A stretch of DNA of 64,000 nucleotides from Harriotta raleighana (GCA_050575255.1 JBNZDD010013693.1:4911522-4975521), one strand, 5' to 3'. Shown: positions 25,929-41,041, counted from the stretch's first letter. A program made the numbers and translations. Notes: generated by a model from the letters alone, not told the origin.

Positions 25929-27324
25929 GTAAGTCTGTCAACTGGCACCAAGCTCCAGCTGGTGGCAGCCTGACTGAACCGTTCATTTCACACCTTTCTA
26001 TCTCAAATATTTAGTGCAGTTCTGGGCACTGCACTTGTTAATGGGTATTGCCAAATTCATGGTTATGAAGAGTGAGCAGGATGATTGTGGAGTCAGTCAG
26101 GCTCTGTGTAATGTGAAACAGTTCACTGAAGCCCAGCTAAATGCTCCTGTGACTGTACAGTTCAAATAGATGCTTTATAGCATGATGTTGGTTCCACCAT
26201 CAAGGAAATTAGTCACTGGTTGGTCGATTGACATCCGGCAAGTGTGGTTTTGAGCCCTCACTTGGTGGATGGCAGGTACCAGGAACTCCCACTAGGCAAC
26301 ACAGATCAGCTTGAAACGCTTGAGAAAATTGCCACCATCTTCCTACTTGTAGCTCGGGCACACGCCCCTTCCCATCGAGTGATGGTCCCACCAATTGGAG
26401 ATGAGCAGCCTTAAGCTGCTAGCCTCTCTAAGGGCTAAATTAAGGTGGATTCCAGGCTCTGGGTGTAGGAACACGTGTTCACAAAGTCAGACTCCACGTA
26501 ACTCCTTCCAGCAGCTGTATCCCCCAAGCATCAGAATTTCCTCATCAGCGCTATGGTGTGGTTCTGCCTTCAGTATGGTGATAGGAGCTTTACAGTGCAG
26601 CATGTGACATGCCAGTGGTTCAATGCTGGGTACCAGGTTTACTCAGCACCAGCCCCTTATCCAGGTCCTCATATGCGGAGTGTTAGCAAATAGATGCTGT
26701 GAATCCGCCTCCATCTTGTATTGAATATGAGGGCAGCATTTCCAGCTGTTTGAAATCAGTGTCAGTTTGAAGTTTGGTTTAATGAGAATGGACCTACCTT
26801 TGTTGGTTCTCCACAGGGAGCAATAGCTGGGAACATTGCAGGGCTTATCATTCCTACAGGGTCTAAATATACCATTACATTTCTTTCATGTGGAATTTCA
26901 GTGGAAATTTAATGTAGTACCATCTAAGAGGCAGCGACAGAGAGTACTAATTCTGAGCGGTGCACAATACTCTTAAGGTTTTCTTTGCACTTGAGGCTTT
27001 AGTGGTTAGAAAGAAAGAATACCGAGAAATAACACAGGAGGAGGAGGTATTGACAATGCATCTATTATCCAGGAACAGTGATAAAATTGGATCTGTGTAT
27101 ATCACTGTACAGAGTATGAGACATCTCAACGACTTGATAAGATGCTATATCAAATGTAAGGATTATTGTTATTATTATTAATCACTCAACTGTGATTTTG
27201 AGCATTGATTCAGCAGTGGCTGACATCTAATAATGGGACTAATTCACTGGATTCCTTAACTGTTTTCCTTATGAGAAAAACAAATGGAGACGCTGAGAAA
27301 TCATCATGTACAACATGTTGATAA

Positions 27325-27630
27325 TAATATAATCCTTGCATTTGATATAGCGTTTTCACGCCTTCTAGACGTCTGAAAGCTCTTCAAGGAACATACTGTA
27401 AAGTGAATTGACTGTATACAGTATATGGGAAAAACACTGCAGCCAATTTCACACAGTAGTGTCCCACAAACAGTCATGAATTGAAGTGACCAATTTATTA
27501 TTATTATTTTTTCAGGGATTATTATTAGGCATGTGGAGTAAGGAAACTTGCCCAAGGTTTCGCCCTGCCGGAATTAAATCCAGATCTATCACTTGTAAGG
27601 CAAGTGTTCTAACCACTGAGCTGCTGGACT
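27325..27630 (-). mobile_element. tRNA-derived SINE, full length
   Basis: Tail aatccttgcatttgatatagcg through head gttctaaccactgagctgctggact. Confidence 0.9.
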
Positions 27631-28834
27631 ATTTGATATGTGGAAACTCCACTCCAGCTCCAGACAGCAATTCCATGTGAAAACTGGATGACTAACTGGA
27701 TTCCTCATCAAAGAATCCCATTAAATTATTCCACAAGCTTGATCCCATTCATATTTTCCTCTTTCCTCTCCCGTCAAACCAGGCTCAGGAGGAAATTGGG
27801 ACCTGGGAAATCTGCCGAAGATCCACATTTTCCAGATCTGTTGGATCTTAGTTTGTAACAATTAATTCCAGAAAGGGAACTTGACAAGAATAGTAATGGA
27901 ATTACTGGAATTAGCCACTTTATTATTATTATTGTTGTGTGGTAACATTTTGATTATAAGATGATTTGCAGATGTAGAAACTTAAAATCGCATGCAAATG
28001 AGTAGAGAAACTGGGTCACTGTGAAAGAAAGCTGTGCTTGTAAAACAGATCATGTGGTTTTAAGATTGGTCCTCGGGGCATTTAAGTGCGATTGGAAACG
28101 TAATGAAGCAACTTTTATACATCACGACGTTGTGGTGAATTACAGTGATTTTCACAGCAATTTGTCACCAAATATGTAGCATAAATGTGGGTGTCAGATA
28201 TCTCAATCCACGCTAGAGCTGAGTTTCTGTAGCCTCAATCACACAAACCAGGTTTTGCTTAGTAACATTACGAAAACAAACATTGATTTGCCAAAATCCT
28301 GTGGTTTTTCCCAGCTCATTACAGGCCACATGAAGCGTGCAGTGGAAATTTGACTTCCCTATACAAATCACAACACTGCCAGAAATTAGGCTGATTCACT
28401 GAATAAACTCAACACCAGATAGCACAAACCTAATAAAATCACAAACCATCGGTGAGCGCTGCCACCTGAACTGTCCCAGCGTGTAAAACTGCATCACTTG
28501 CCTCTTTATCAATCAAATAATCAACAAAGTCGTTCTCCCAAAATGAAATGGTGCTCTATAAATTTGTTGTTTGTTGTTGTAAATCTGGCATGCAACTCAG
28601 CTCCCATTCAGTTTCCTAAGAAACATTTAGCTTGCGTTGTACTAATCCTTTGGGCAAGGAATGGTGCATGGCATTGAGGGGAACATGCAAAGTAACTACA
28701 GTATATGGAAGACTGGCATATTTGTAGTTGTATCTGTATGGAGATAGGAGCACCTTTCTGTTACAATAGAACTATGTTTGTGTTGATGAGCAGGACTTAC
28801 TTCACTATTATACTATGTTGAAGCAATATTAGAC

Positions 28835-29002
28835 ATCAACTCAGTTGGTAGCACTTTCATATGAGTAAAAAGGTTGTGGGTTCATGCCCCATATAATGAC
28901 TTGAACTCACACAGAACAGTCTGACACCCCAATACAGTGCTGGAGTTGCATTGCATTGTCACAGGTTCCATCCTTCAGATGAGGCATTAAACTGAGGTCC
29001 TT
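28835..29002 (+). mobile_element. Deu/SacSINE-like SINE 5' fragment
   Basis: ctcagttggtagcact...aggttgtgggttca...cagatgaggcattaaactgaggtcc. Confidence 0.65.
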
Positions 29003-29394
29003 TCTTCATGGCTCTATATAAATTTGTTCATAAAGCTTCTAATAATTATTATTATTCATTATATAACATAATTGTACCGGAACAGTATAAGTGTCTCTAA
29101 TTGATACAGTAAATGGAATGCTCTGAAATGACACCTCTTTGTCATTTGAGTTTGACAACAACAACAACTTGCATTTATACTGCACCCTTCATATAGGGTA
29201 GGGTTTCAGAGCACTTAGCAGTAGCGGAGCCTGACACTGAATCAGTGGGAGATGACTGTTGAAGAGAAAGATCTTTAATCATGGTCTGAAAAGGAGAAGA
29301 AGGGGACAAGACAGAGGGATTAAAGAAGAGAGTTCCTAAATTTCAGAGCGTAGTGGCTGATAGCACAGCCGCCGATAGTGGAGTGGAGGGTACT

Positions 29395-30555
29395 AACAAC
29401 AACAATAAAATTAGATTTGTATAACACCTTTCACATCACGAGGACGTCCCAAAGCGCTGAACAGTTAGGCAGGGACCCGAGTGGTGGGGGGGAGAAGAGA
29501 GTGAAAGAGAGGGAAGAGTTAGTGGGAGGGGAGAGCCGAAGGCGCAGTCAAAGAGAAAGGTCTTGAGACCGGCCTTGAAGGAGGAAAGAGGGGAAGCAAG
29601 GCGGAGGGACTACGGGATGGAGTTCCACAGTGTGGGGGCAGAGAGGCTGAAAACCCGACTGCCAATGGTTGGGCGGTCAGGGCGGTGGATGCGGAGCAGA
29701 CCTGAGTCTGCTGAATGGAGGGTACGGACAGGCTGGTCGGGAAACAGCAGGTCAGGGAGATAGGCTGGGGCAAAGCCGTGAATGGGCTTGAAAGTGAGGA
29801 CGAGGATCTTGAAGTCGATCCTCGGGGGGATGGGGATCTAGTGGAGATGGGCAAGTGTGGGAGTGATGTGGTCACGAAGTCTGGTGTAGGAGAGTACATG
29901 GGCTGCAGAATTCTGAATGATCTGCAACCTGTGAAGGGAGGAGTTGGGAAGGTCGATGAGGAGAGAGTTCCCGTAGTCAAGCCTGGAAGTGATAAAGGCG
30001 TGAATGAGCGATTCGGCGGTGAGGTAGTGGTGGAGTCTGGCAATATTACGGAGGTGGTGGAAGGCTGTGCCGGTCATGGAGCAGAGTTGGGGGAGGATAA
30101 TTCAGGGTCGAACAAGACGCCAAGATTCCTAATTGGCTTTGAGAGGTGGAGAGAGCACCCTTGGACGCTGATGTTGTCAGCGCCTGAGATGTGGAGGCAC
30201 TGGAGTGAACCAATCAGGAGGGCTTCCATCTTGAGCTGATGTTGAGCTGTAGGAAGTTTGCCCTCATCCAGGATTCAATGTCGGACAGACATGCAATCAG
30301 AACGCCAGTAGTCCTGGATTTGAGGATGGACACGGAGAGGTTGCGTTGGGTGTCATCCACATACATGTGGAAATTTACCCCATGTCTGCGGATGATGGCG
30401 CCCAAGGGGAGAGTGTTTAGGGTGACGAGCAGGGGGCCAAGGACAGAGCCCTGGGGAACGCCGCATGTGACTGCGGGGGCTGGAGGAAAAGCTGATGGAG
30501 GAGACAAAGTGAAGATGGTGGGAGAGGTACAACCGGAAAAGGAGGAAAAGGACTA
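29395..30555 (-). mobile_element. 5'-truncated L2-clade LINE with RT remnants
   Basis: Minus ORFs: GVPQGSVLGPLL, MYVDDTQ, WMRANFLQLN, LIHAFITSRLDYGNSLL, HITPTLAHLH; 3' (GTT)n tail at ~29395; frameshifted. Confidence 0.95.
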
Positions 30556-30961
30556 AGGAAAAGGAGCAGACCGGAGCCATCTGAATGGAGGCAGCAGACA
30601 GTGGAGTGAGGAGTAAGCTGGTCAGAGAAGTAGGGAGGTGTCGGAGCATGAAGGCATTTGTAGATAAGTGTGAGGTTCTTGGTATCACTATGCTCTGTGA
30701 TTAGAGAGCCAGAAGAGCCTGGAGAGGACTGGGGTGATGGTGATATAGAGTTAAGCGCAGTATTTATATAAGGGTGGTGGAGTTCTGAATTAATTGGGTT
30801 AATTGATTTGAGATACCATTAACACCTGAAAGGACATATTTAACTTTCATTTTGTCATGTGGAATATGCTCAGATGATTGTGATTTAAATCTTCAAATCC
30901 AGCTGTGGTTTTGGAACAAGTGCCTCATATTTTTCTGTGCAGAGCACACAAATATCCCATG

Positions 30962-31350
30962 ATGGATTCCTGTAGCTCAGTATAGAGCACTCGCCTTGTA
31001 AGCAAGTACCTGGGCTTGATCCCTGGGCAGGGCAAAATGTTGGGCATGTTTCTTTACTCCACTGACTTTACCTAACAGTATGTCCGAACCGGTTGTTAGT
31101 CAACTGATCGATCGCCTTTTCACCGGTAATAATCCCTTCAAAAAGAAAAATAAATATTACTAATTTGGTTACTCAATTCCCAACAGTTTCTTGGATACTA
31201 CTGGCACAATTGGCTTCTGTGTTTGGCCCACAAAATAATCAGTCAATTCACTTTACAGTATATTCTACAAAGCACTTTGAGACATTACAAAGCACTTTGA
31301 GACATCTCAAAGATGTGATAAGGTGCTATATAAAATGCAAGGATTATTAT
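30962..31350 (+). mobile_element. tRNA-derived SINE, long variant
   Basis: tcctgtagctcagtatagagcactcgccttgtaagc head, insert, aaatgcaaggattatt tail; internal aaagcactttgagaca duplicated. Confidence 0.85.
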
Positions 31351-32239
31351 AGTGGTACATCCTGAACTTTATATTTTTATGCAATCATCTCAAAATGATT
31401 TGTCTCTTAGCCTACAGTAATATTGTCACAAGCTATTAGTTATGTGAAGTGACTGGGGTAAATTCATTTGAAAACCTGCATGCAAAAGAAGTTGTATATT
31501 TTCTATGAAGGAAACAGTAGCTACAGTACTCACAGTGGTAAATTGCTTTCAGGTTTACTCCTTTGATTTTCCAAAGAGGTCATTAAGGGGCTGGGGGAAC
31601 TTTAAGCGAGGTCAAAAAGGTAGCTTTTCAGGCAGGACTTGGAAGTCAGTGAAGGTTGAGAAGGTCGGATCTAAATGTGAGGATATGTTGGCAGGAGCCG
31701 AGGGAGCTAGTTTCTGTCTTGGCCGTGTTTAGGTGCCAGAAATTTCAGCTCATCCAGACCTTCATGTTTGAGAGGCTCTGAAATCAGGAGTGGAAGAAGC
31801 AAGGTCAAAGCACAACCATTCAAAGTCAACAAAGAAGGTTAGTTATTGTGTTAGTTATTGTGTATCTGCACGATCAGCTGTGTTGTCACCAATTGTAGAA
31901 TTATAATTGGCAGCAGCAGTAGTGCAATATTAACCTGCCATAGAGCGCCCCCTGTTGTGCTCAGTAACATCAGCTGACTTTGTTGCTGAACGTTTGACCG
32001 ATCAATACAGGTTGAAGGATCAACAACCACAAAGCAAGTCACAAATCCAACTCAAAACATTTGCCCAACCATATTGTTTACATCTTACTGCCAATAAACA
32101 CCCCTCAGTGTACACCTGGAGAATTTTGACTGAACAACAGTACAAGGTATTGTAACCAAACCAAAACCTATGGCACTGGACAGTGAAGGGTTTACATCTG
32201 AGGTGGGGTGTTGAAATTAAGTAGGGTGGGACGAGAAGG

Positions 32240-32765
32240 AGATGAACAACGGCATAGAATGACTTGAGACAGGCATTGAAAAAGGCATGGGAGTGGGAGA
32301 GGCAGAGGGTATCTGGGATGGAGTTCCAGAAGGTGGCAGAAAGGATGAAGGTCTGGCTGTTGATGGAGGAGTAGGCTAGGGCCTGCTGAGCGGAGGAACT
32401 AAGGAGCGTGTTAAAGGTATAGTAGGTCACAGAGGTATGGAGGAGCAAGGCAGTGGCAGGCTTTAAAGATGAGGAAAAGGAACTTGAATTCGATCCTATG
32501 GGAGATGGGTAGTCAGTGGAGCCGGGGCGAGGAGGGGTGTGATTGGGACATGAAGCTTGGTGAGCGAGAGGACACAAGCTACAGAGTTCCGACTTCTGGG
32601 GAGAAGCTTCTGGGGAGAAGAGTTAGGAAGTCTGGCAAGCAGGGAGTCAACATAGTCAAGCCTAGACTTAATGTAGGCATGGATGGGTACTGCTGAGATA
32701 GTGGGGGAGGTGGGCAATTTTGCGGAGATGGGAAGGCAGAACAGGTCATGGCAGCAAATGTGGGT
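32240..32765 (-). mobile_element. Decayed L2 LINE 3' fragment
   Basis: IHAYIKSRLDYVDSLLARLP in ORF 32496..32777; FWNSIPDTLCL. Confidence 0.85.
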
Positions 32766-33449
32766 TGAACACTTCATTCATCTCACCTGAACTGGCATTG
32801 TGAAAAAGATAGTGAATGCTCTGGTCTGAGAGCAGTCCTCAAGCTAACACTCTTTGGAGCTGTGCTGCTCATAACCAGGCGGCCTGGCTGAATGCTCAGA
32901 TCCTCTAGGAATGTAAATACACTTATGCACAATTCTAATGCTAAACAAAGAAAGCCTCATGCAGGTGGGTTACTACACCCCAAAAACAATGCCCGCTCTC
33001 TTTCAAACAATGTTTGAAAACATTAACATCCTTGGACTCCCTGAAACCTGGCTCAGCCCAGGCTGGCTCAGCCCTCTCAGCCAGGTAAGCCTCCACAAAC
33101 ATTCCCCTTTCCAACACTTCGCTCCATTAGCAAATGGCCCCCACAATATCCATTCTTCCTGAGCCATCTCCGCTATCTCAATACAGTTCAGCACAGTTTA
33201 AAAAAATACCATGCATTAAACATCAATCTTATGTGTTTTATTTTATTTCAGTTAGGTCAAATTAAAAAATCTGGATGGGTTACACAAATTGTTCCAAAGA
33301 GGTAATATCTTCTGTCTATCCACTGGTTGTATGGCAGCCAAACAAATGGATGGGGGAGCCTGCTGAGCAGTGTTCCTGACAGTCGTTAAGAAGGTTCAGA
33401 GTGAGATTGTGAAAGTTCTCATCCCCCATTCCTGCTGGGAAGTACTTGA

Positions 33450-33712
33450 ACTGAAAGTGCTTTACAGGATTTTGCCTTGTGTTTGTAAGGAAACACGGTA
33501 GCTAATTTGTGCACAGCAATATCCTAGAAACAGTAATAAAGTGGATGCTCAGGTTTATCAGATTTGTTGCCAAGGACACCAGGAGAAATTCCCTTCACTT
33601 TTAGTGCTGTGGGATCTTTAACATCCATCTGAAAAGGCTGACGCTGCCAAGTTAACGTCTCATCCAAAGGAAAAGTACCTCTCACTCCACTACTGACATT
33701 GCATTGGCAGCA
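33450..33712 (-). mobile_element. Deu/SacSINE-like SINE fragment
   Basis: gctaatttgtgcacagcaa...gtgggatctttaacatccatctga...aacgtctcatccaaagg. Confidence 0.65.
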
Positions 33713-36700
33713 AAGCATCAGGGTAGGTTATGTTCATAACATTTTCAACAGGGGAAAGCTGCAGCTGAGTCAGAAAAATCAATATGTGAAATCCCTTAAA
33801 CTATTGTCTTAACAACATGCTCAAAGCAGCTTTCAGTTTGGCCTTGATGGAATGTCTTGTACAGATAAAATTAGAACGTTATCCTTCCCCGTTTTAGACA
33901 GTAGTCGTGGATAGTTAGGCATCTGGCAGTTTCAGTCGATCGTTTTGGATTTTATTAAAATTATTGTTTAGCCGGTGAGAGAAGATTTCATTGTGTGCCA
34001 CAGTTTTGAACTGTTTGCTGAATAGTTGCCTGGTGTGAGGGAGTTGAATTAATTTTGCAACTATTCATCCGAGGTCTGACTGGATTTCTGCTGACAATTG
34101 TGCAGTTACCGAACAGACAGACTCACAAATTCATTCAAGTCAGTAATCTTGATGATGTCTCAAGCCCAATGGTTTGAGGAAACGTACAACAAAAACAAAG
34201 GAGCAAAGCAATTGTTGATCACAGTTATTCGTTCTTTAGCTGTGAACATAGCACAGCACTGGTGCTTGCATTTGATATCAAGTCTTATCCTGTTGGTGAG
34301 ATGTCCGAACATGCTTCCCAGGAGTGTGGGAGATGTTTTAACATGGAGTTGGGGCTGGGGGGGGGGGGAACCCCAAATGTGATGCAGCTTTGCAACATTG
34401 TTCAGTCGCCTGATACTGATTAGAGTCAATCCTACCAGCTTCCAGCAGGACCAGCAGGGTGTTGGCCTGCACTGCCTGACGGTGGCTTCATGATATGGGC
34501 CACTCAGACCATTCTCCAGAAACCAGTGCTGAGTAGTTCAGTACCATGTTACCTAGTTACTTTGATCAAGGTAACTCCATTCCCTTTGGAGACGGAATGG
34601 CTGTTCTGCTTTGTTGTTGTCAGGGCTTCCAATTAGATAACAGCAGCAATGGAGAAGATAACAGCAGCAACTTGCACTTAATTAACCTTATTCGTAAAAG
34701 TGTGATTAATTATGACATTTCAAAGGGCATTTCACTTTCTAAAACTCCCAACACGCTTTGAATTTGCATCAACGTTGTTCTGAATCGAGCTAAACCAGAA
34801 CCTCCGCAGGCTCCAGGCTAGAATGGCAGAGCATCATTGCTCCGCTTTCTTCAAATGATTTCTCACTGTGTATAATTATGATATTTCCATAATTCTTGAA
34901 ACTCTGTTTTGCGTATTCCCTGCAGATCGCTTCTACTTATCATATGCCGGTGGAGCAACTGGTAAACTGAATGTGAAACAGCAGGATTTCATTTAATAAA
35001 TGGTCAAAATGTAGAAGTGTCAGAGAAATTGTACTTTTCATTTGTAATAATCTGTCTTTGAACTTCTTCATCCTAATATTTTTAATCCATTCACGTGGTA
35101 GGATTTTGTATCTACATCCTTGTTTATCTCTGTTTTCGAGATGATTGTGTGTCTCCTGTTCCGGTACTATCTCTGTGAGTCTGTGCTGAGCTCTATTTGG
35201 TTTCTGTATCGGGTCAACAAAATGACTGTGAAAATAGCCATGAAATTTAACCTAATTTTATAACCCTCACCCCCACCTTGTTGTCACTCACAGCATTAAC
35301 AAGTCTGATCTGTTCATCCCAGTCAAGTCCACTTTAGACCATTTCTTCATGTCCTCCTCCTCTCACATCCCCCATCCCTTTTCGAGCCCTCCACCATCTT
35401 TTTCCGCCCTTGGATAAAGCTTCCCCCTGAGTCCCTCACAAATGTCCTTTCTTCCTCGGATTGCTTCTCCCTCTGCCCTTCCATCCATCGCCATCAAGCT
35501 GCTAAACAAAATCCAAGGCTTCCTCCAAATCTCCAATTCACTCCAATTTCATGCCCTGAAACTCTGGAACACTCTTTCTCTATCTCTATGTCTTGACCCT
35601 GCTTTTCCAGCTTCAGATCATGCCTGAAGATCTTCCTCTTTGACCTTACAATTACCTCCACCTCCTCCCCCACCCGGTGTCTTGCTCCACCACTATCAAT
35701 ATAAATGCAAGCTGTCATTGTAGCTTCATGTAACGGTTATAGCTGTATCATCTTTTTGTGTAAAACAGAATAGAATCATATTTCACGAGAAATCCAAGCA
35801 TTCAGTACTGCAGGTGATTCCAAACTGGATTTTTGAGACATCATCTGTCATTTATGAATATTTCTCTGTCCTGTGAATTTCTATACTATATCAGAAAATG
35901 TAAAGATTATTTAACCAAAATAATCCTTCATCGATTCTGGAGGATTCTCCATTGTAAACATAAATTGACCGAATCCTAATTATAGGCTCGGGCGATATAC
36001 TCAGGCAATCTTTCAATTTCACTTTAATACCTGTAAATGTTTAAGGCAGACATGGCCTTGTAAAGCAGCTTAGCATGCTGTGAGGGGTTGATCTGTCAAA
36101 GCAAAACCTGCCTACGCTGATCTTTAAATCTCTATCGCAAAGCACCATTACTACGGGAGATGCAAGTGTGGTTCAGAAAGATGTATAGGTTACTGGAGAA
36201 GAAATGTAACCACTTGCATTAAATATGAATCACCCAAGATGTTTGTACTGAATTGTACTGAAGTACTGTATTTGACAAAAAGTCTTTGAAAATGCTATTA
36301 AGATTGTTTTTTTTTAGCTTTGCTGTAAAATATAATGTGGATAACTGGTGAGCGGGAGACAGCTGTGGGGATGCCATATAATCAGACCTTTACAGAGTTT
36401 CTATTTCGAGGCTGAAAAGCTGCTTTTAGATAGATGAGCTTTTATTTTAGAAGGAAATTCGGCCCCAGCGAGGAGCCCGAGTGTGGCATCACCCAATCTG
36501 TCTGCAAGACAATATGAATTAATATAAAATAAATTCAAATTAATAATCAGTCACCCTCCTACCCTCCCTACCCTCCACAGGCCTTGATACCCGACTTCTA
36601 GCTCGAGTCCGGCCATTAACTGTGCAGCACTTTGGGGCATCCCGCCAACGTAAAAGGCTCTATACAAATGTAATTTTGTATTGTATTTTATAAAACTACC

Positions 36701-37029
36701 CTCTGATACATTACAATCTCTGGCATCGCACCTCTGTCATTGATGGTTCTAGCAATGGTTAAAAATGCTCTTTGTATTAATCTCCACCTAACATGTTCCC
36801 AATGACAGAAACAGGCTATGGATTTGAGTCTTTGATTACAGTTACAAACTGAGTATTTGATGATGATTCATTCATGCAGTTTGGATTCTAAATGTCTTTG
36901 TGTATATCCTGGAATCTGGGTTTGTTCCAAGGCAACAATAGCAGAACAGCCTATATTTAGGACCCGGTCAAGTTATGTTCACGATGGAGGAACTGGTATT
37001 TGGTTAAATAATCTTTACATTGTTCTGAT

Positions 37030-37700
37030 ATGGTGTAGAAATTCACAGGATAGAAGACAGTCATTTGGCCCATTTTGTCTGTGATGCTCTGGAATGGAAG
37101 AATAAACCATTCAATCCCATTTACCTAGCCTTTCTCCTTATACTTCTGTAAATGACTTCTCTCTAGATATCTATCTAGTTCCCTCTTGAAAGTGAATGTG
37201 GTATTTTCACCTGTGCTCCTTTGCTAATTATTTTTTAATTGCTGCCCTCCAGCAACCGACTCACTGACCACTTGAAATAATTTCTCCCCATTGAATCTAT
37301 TCAAACTCCTCATTATTTTAAAGACCTCTATCAGGTCACCCCTCAACCTTCTCTGTTCTCATCCCTGGTATCATGATAGTAAATCTTTTCTCACCCTCTC
37401 TTATGACCCTGATGTCTGCCTAAAGTAGGGTGACCAAAACTAGCTGCAGTCCAACTATGATTTATACAAGTTAAACATCACCTGTTTCATTTAAATTCTT
37501 TGACCCTATTTATAAACTGAGGATCCCATTAGCTTTATCCACCTACCATCCTACCTTTAAAGATGGATGCATTTAAGCTAACCACTCGCCCTCTCTCTGC
37601 TCTTCTCCTTTTATTATTTAGTGTATCCTTACACTGCCTATTTTTCCTCTCAAAATATCTAACCTGACTTTTCTGCATTCATTTTCATCTGCCACAGCTT
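37030..37700 (-). mobile_element. Decayed CR1 3' region
   Basis: aagacctctatcaggtcacccctcaaccttctctgttc is the reverse complement of a CR1 RRLRGDLIEVFK-type segment. Confidence 0.7.
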
Positions 37701-38559
37701 TATCTCCCACATAGCTTTGCAGAATATTTTTACGAAAAACCTACCATTTTTAGAGCCAAATCTTTCTGAAGAATGATAATTTGCATAATTGTTCAGATTT
37801 TTACACATTAGAGTGTGGCTGGAGGAGACTGCAAAAGCTACTTCCCTGTTTTTGCAACTTTTGAGCAATGAACTGAATTAACCATGACTAAAATGTTCTT
37901 AGATTCCCTCTAATTATAATTTATATTGTAAATGGAAAGTTTTTAAGGTATCATATTACTCTGTGCTATCCCATATGCAGATAGATTATCTGCGAATTCT
38001 GGATGTTATAATAGGCATCTGTTAATGGAGATTACATTCTACTTCAATGAGATTAAGAGACTTTTTAATTTCAACCTTGATTCCAATGGCACTGGAATAA
38101 AAACTATTCCACCACTGATTTAAAAGCATGTGAAATTTTGAAGGTTTAAATAATACAGTATGTTGCTGCACCCATCAGGTTATGAACAAGAGCAGGATTA
38201 GGCCATTCAGCCCTTCAATGTATAATCTAACTGCCACTCAGTTAAATTATATCTGATCTGTAACTCAATTTATCCTGTCAATTCTAATTTCTCAAGAATC
38301 CATCAACCTCAGTCTTGAAGGTGTGAATGTTGGCTAATTTGTAAAATTTTACATCTTCCCTGAAATGTAATCTTTTAAAAAGATTACATTGAACTGTTTA
38401 AAAATCAAAGTGATTATTATGCAGTTATCTGATGGTCACTGGGTTCATGCATGAAGATAACAATCTAATGAGGATTTTGTGCTACTGAAGGAATCACTTT
38501 TACATTTTGGGTAAAGCTTCTGGTCACTTATTCCTGGATTATTATTAATTTAACTGCCA

Positions 38560-38970
38560 TAAACAAACTGATTTGAGCAAAGAGGATAGAAAAACATCTA
38601 AGTCTATTGGTATGAGGAATAAATTAGCTGTGATAGACAGGAGGGAAAATTGTTAACAATGGAAGACTTTTAAGTACAGGATAGAAAATGTGCAGGAGAA
38701 ATATATTCCATCAAGAAATAAGGGGAAATTAATCAACATTGGGATGGCATGGATAAATAAGGAGGTAAAAACAAAACTGCAGCTAAAAAAAGAAACATTT
38801 GAAAAATACAGAATGGATAATGGGAAGGAAAACATAAAACTTAGGGAAGAGGTTAAGAAGACATTAAGATGGCAAATAGGAATCTTGAAGCGAACACAGC
38901 ATAAAATATAAAAAGAAATAGCAAGTTGTTCTATGGGCTGATTAGCAACAAAGGAATGGTTAAATTTGGG
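38560..38970 (+). mobile_element. Decayed CR1 ORF2 fragment (endonuclease-RT linker)
   Basis: QEKYIPSRNK...AWINKEVKTKLQLKKETF in ORF 38690..38911. Confidence 0.75.
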
Positions 38971-39434
38971 ATAATAATAATAATACTTGCATTTCATATA
39001 GGCCCTTATCATGTCATTGAGACATCTCAAAATGCTTCATAGTTTATACAATACAGCAATTGCAAATTGACTATATAATTTGTGGATGAAACGCAGCAGG
39101 CAATTGCAGAATAGATCCTGCTTAGTCCATACAAGCTTTAAATGCAGGATCCTGGTTGATCAGGGCAATTGAATTGCCACCATAGAGTTGTTAAACCTGA
39201 GGAAAATCTCATATGTTTAATCCAAATGAAAGCTAGTACCTGAGGTGATCTGAGTTGAATCCCTGTGTTTAAAACTTGTTCCCCAATGATTTCACTGAGG
39301 TATTTTAGATAATGAAAGGAATTGACAAGTTAGATTGTAGACAATTTATCCTTGGTTCAGGGGTCCATTATGAAGGGAAAGTTTTAAAATCGGAACCAAG
39401 ACAGTTAGAACTTGGGTTAAGAAGTCAGTTTGGG

Positions 39435-39805
39435 TTTAGTTGGTAGCACTCTCACCAGGTAGGGGTTTCAAACCCCAGATTGGGACTTTAAACTCACAAT
39501 CCAGGCTAACACCAGTACAGTGCTAGGGGGAGCACAGCTTTGATAGGGATGCCATCATTTGGATGAGTTATTAAGACAAGGTCTTGCCTGCCTGTTCAAG
39601 TGGACATTAAAAATCCCAGGAAATCTCTGAAGACATCTCCCGATGTCTCTTGGCCATCAATCGCCCAGATAAAATTGGTCATTCACTGTATGTCTGGTTC
39701 TGGGTCAGTGTTGTGCAAAATACACCATCACAACACTTATAAATCCTGTGAAACACTTTGAAACATCCTTTGTATGTGACAGGCATAATATCAAATGCAA
39801 ATATT
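39435..39805 (+). mobile_element. Deu/SacSINE-like SINE, decayed
   Basis: tagttggtagcactctcacc...ccaggctaacaccagtacagtgct...gtggacattaaaaatccca...tcaaatgcaa. Confidence 0.65.
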
Positions 39806-41041
39806 GGTCATCCCACTTTCAATCCTTGAATAGTCCAGTCTGTGGAGCCCAGCGCTACACTGCAGTGCTCTGCCTTTACTCACTGGGTTAATGGAAGAGC
39901 CTGATTTTTTTTCCATTAATATTGGAATACTTGGAATAGATTTGAATAATAAGTAAAACCAATGGAGCCTGCTTAGAAGTAAGCAGAATGCAAACCAGGA
40001 AGAAGTTTGAGTCAAAATTAAACCAAGAAAATAATTTACGCCTTGCTCGAGGCTTTTATCATGATATTTCAGATTCAGTTTGATTTTGGACACTGATATG
40101 TCGGTAGTGGCACTAGGTTGCTCCTCAGAATCTGATGCCATATTAGATGAATTATCTTAATTATCCTTAAAAAAAACAAGTTTAGATCTTCTCGCAATCC
40201 GCCAGTAAATCCATTGATGCAATTTCCTTACATCAGTTGCAACACATCCTGAATAAGTGTTTGATGCTGAAACTTAAGAGGTGAAATCAATGAAAATGAG
40301 AAGAGTCCTTTTTTCTGCTGTCTCCCAGAACCCGGTGCTGGCAGCTTTATGCTGCGTTTGTCTGCAATCCCTGGTGTCATTCAATTTCCGTACCAATTAT
40401 CAGAGCAACAACTTCACTGGAAAGCCAATAGATTTTCTGATCCCATTATAAGCTGCTTTCTTGATAGGCAGAAGACTCAAAAGCGCTTCACTAGATTTAA
40501 TATATTACCTATATATATGTACTAATAAAATGCCAAAGTCTGTCTGTGCTTCAAGAAGGATCCCAATAACTGATTGATATAGAGACAAGGTTTATATACC
40601 TCATCGGAAAGGTCTCATTTCTGGGAGTGACATGGGCATATCTGTCTTTGGGTATCTCCCATCTTTCATGAGATATTTTCAGTTTTGCATTGCTCACCTG
40701 GTGGTTGCCGAATCAAAGTGATGCTGTGGCATTGCGTACCACAGAGCATGTACATGTATGCATGCACTGCAGTTACACCCGGCCACCGTGCCAGCTGACC
40801 ATGGCACCTCTGGCATCCTGTGGCACACAGCACGCAAGTAGCCCAGCGGCGGGAACAAACAAGAGACAAAGCTGAGCCACGATAAAAACAACAGAATTAC
40901 ATTTGTAAAGCACTGAGTTCTTCCTACTCAGTCCCCCTGAAATAGTCCTCCCACAGAAGAGTCCTCCCAGATCAGTATAAATTATTGGATCTTTTGGTTG
41001 TAAGAGTAGCTGCAATGGTTACAGCTAGTATAATATATGTA

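Noticed and set aside
29519-30239. 174-aa ORFs on both strands
   Set aside because: Off-frame or antisense readings of the L2 element
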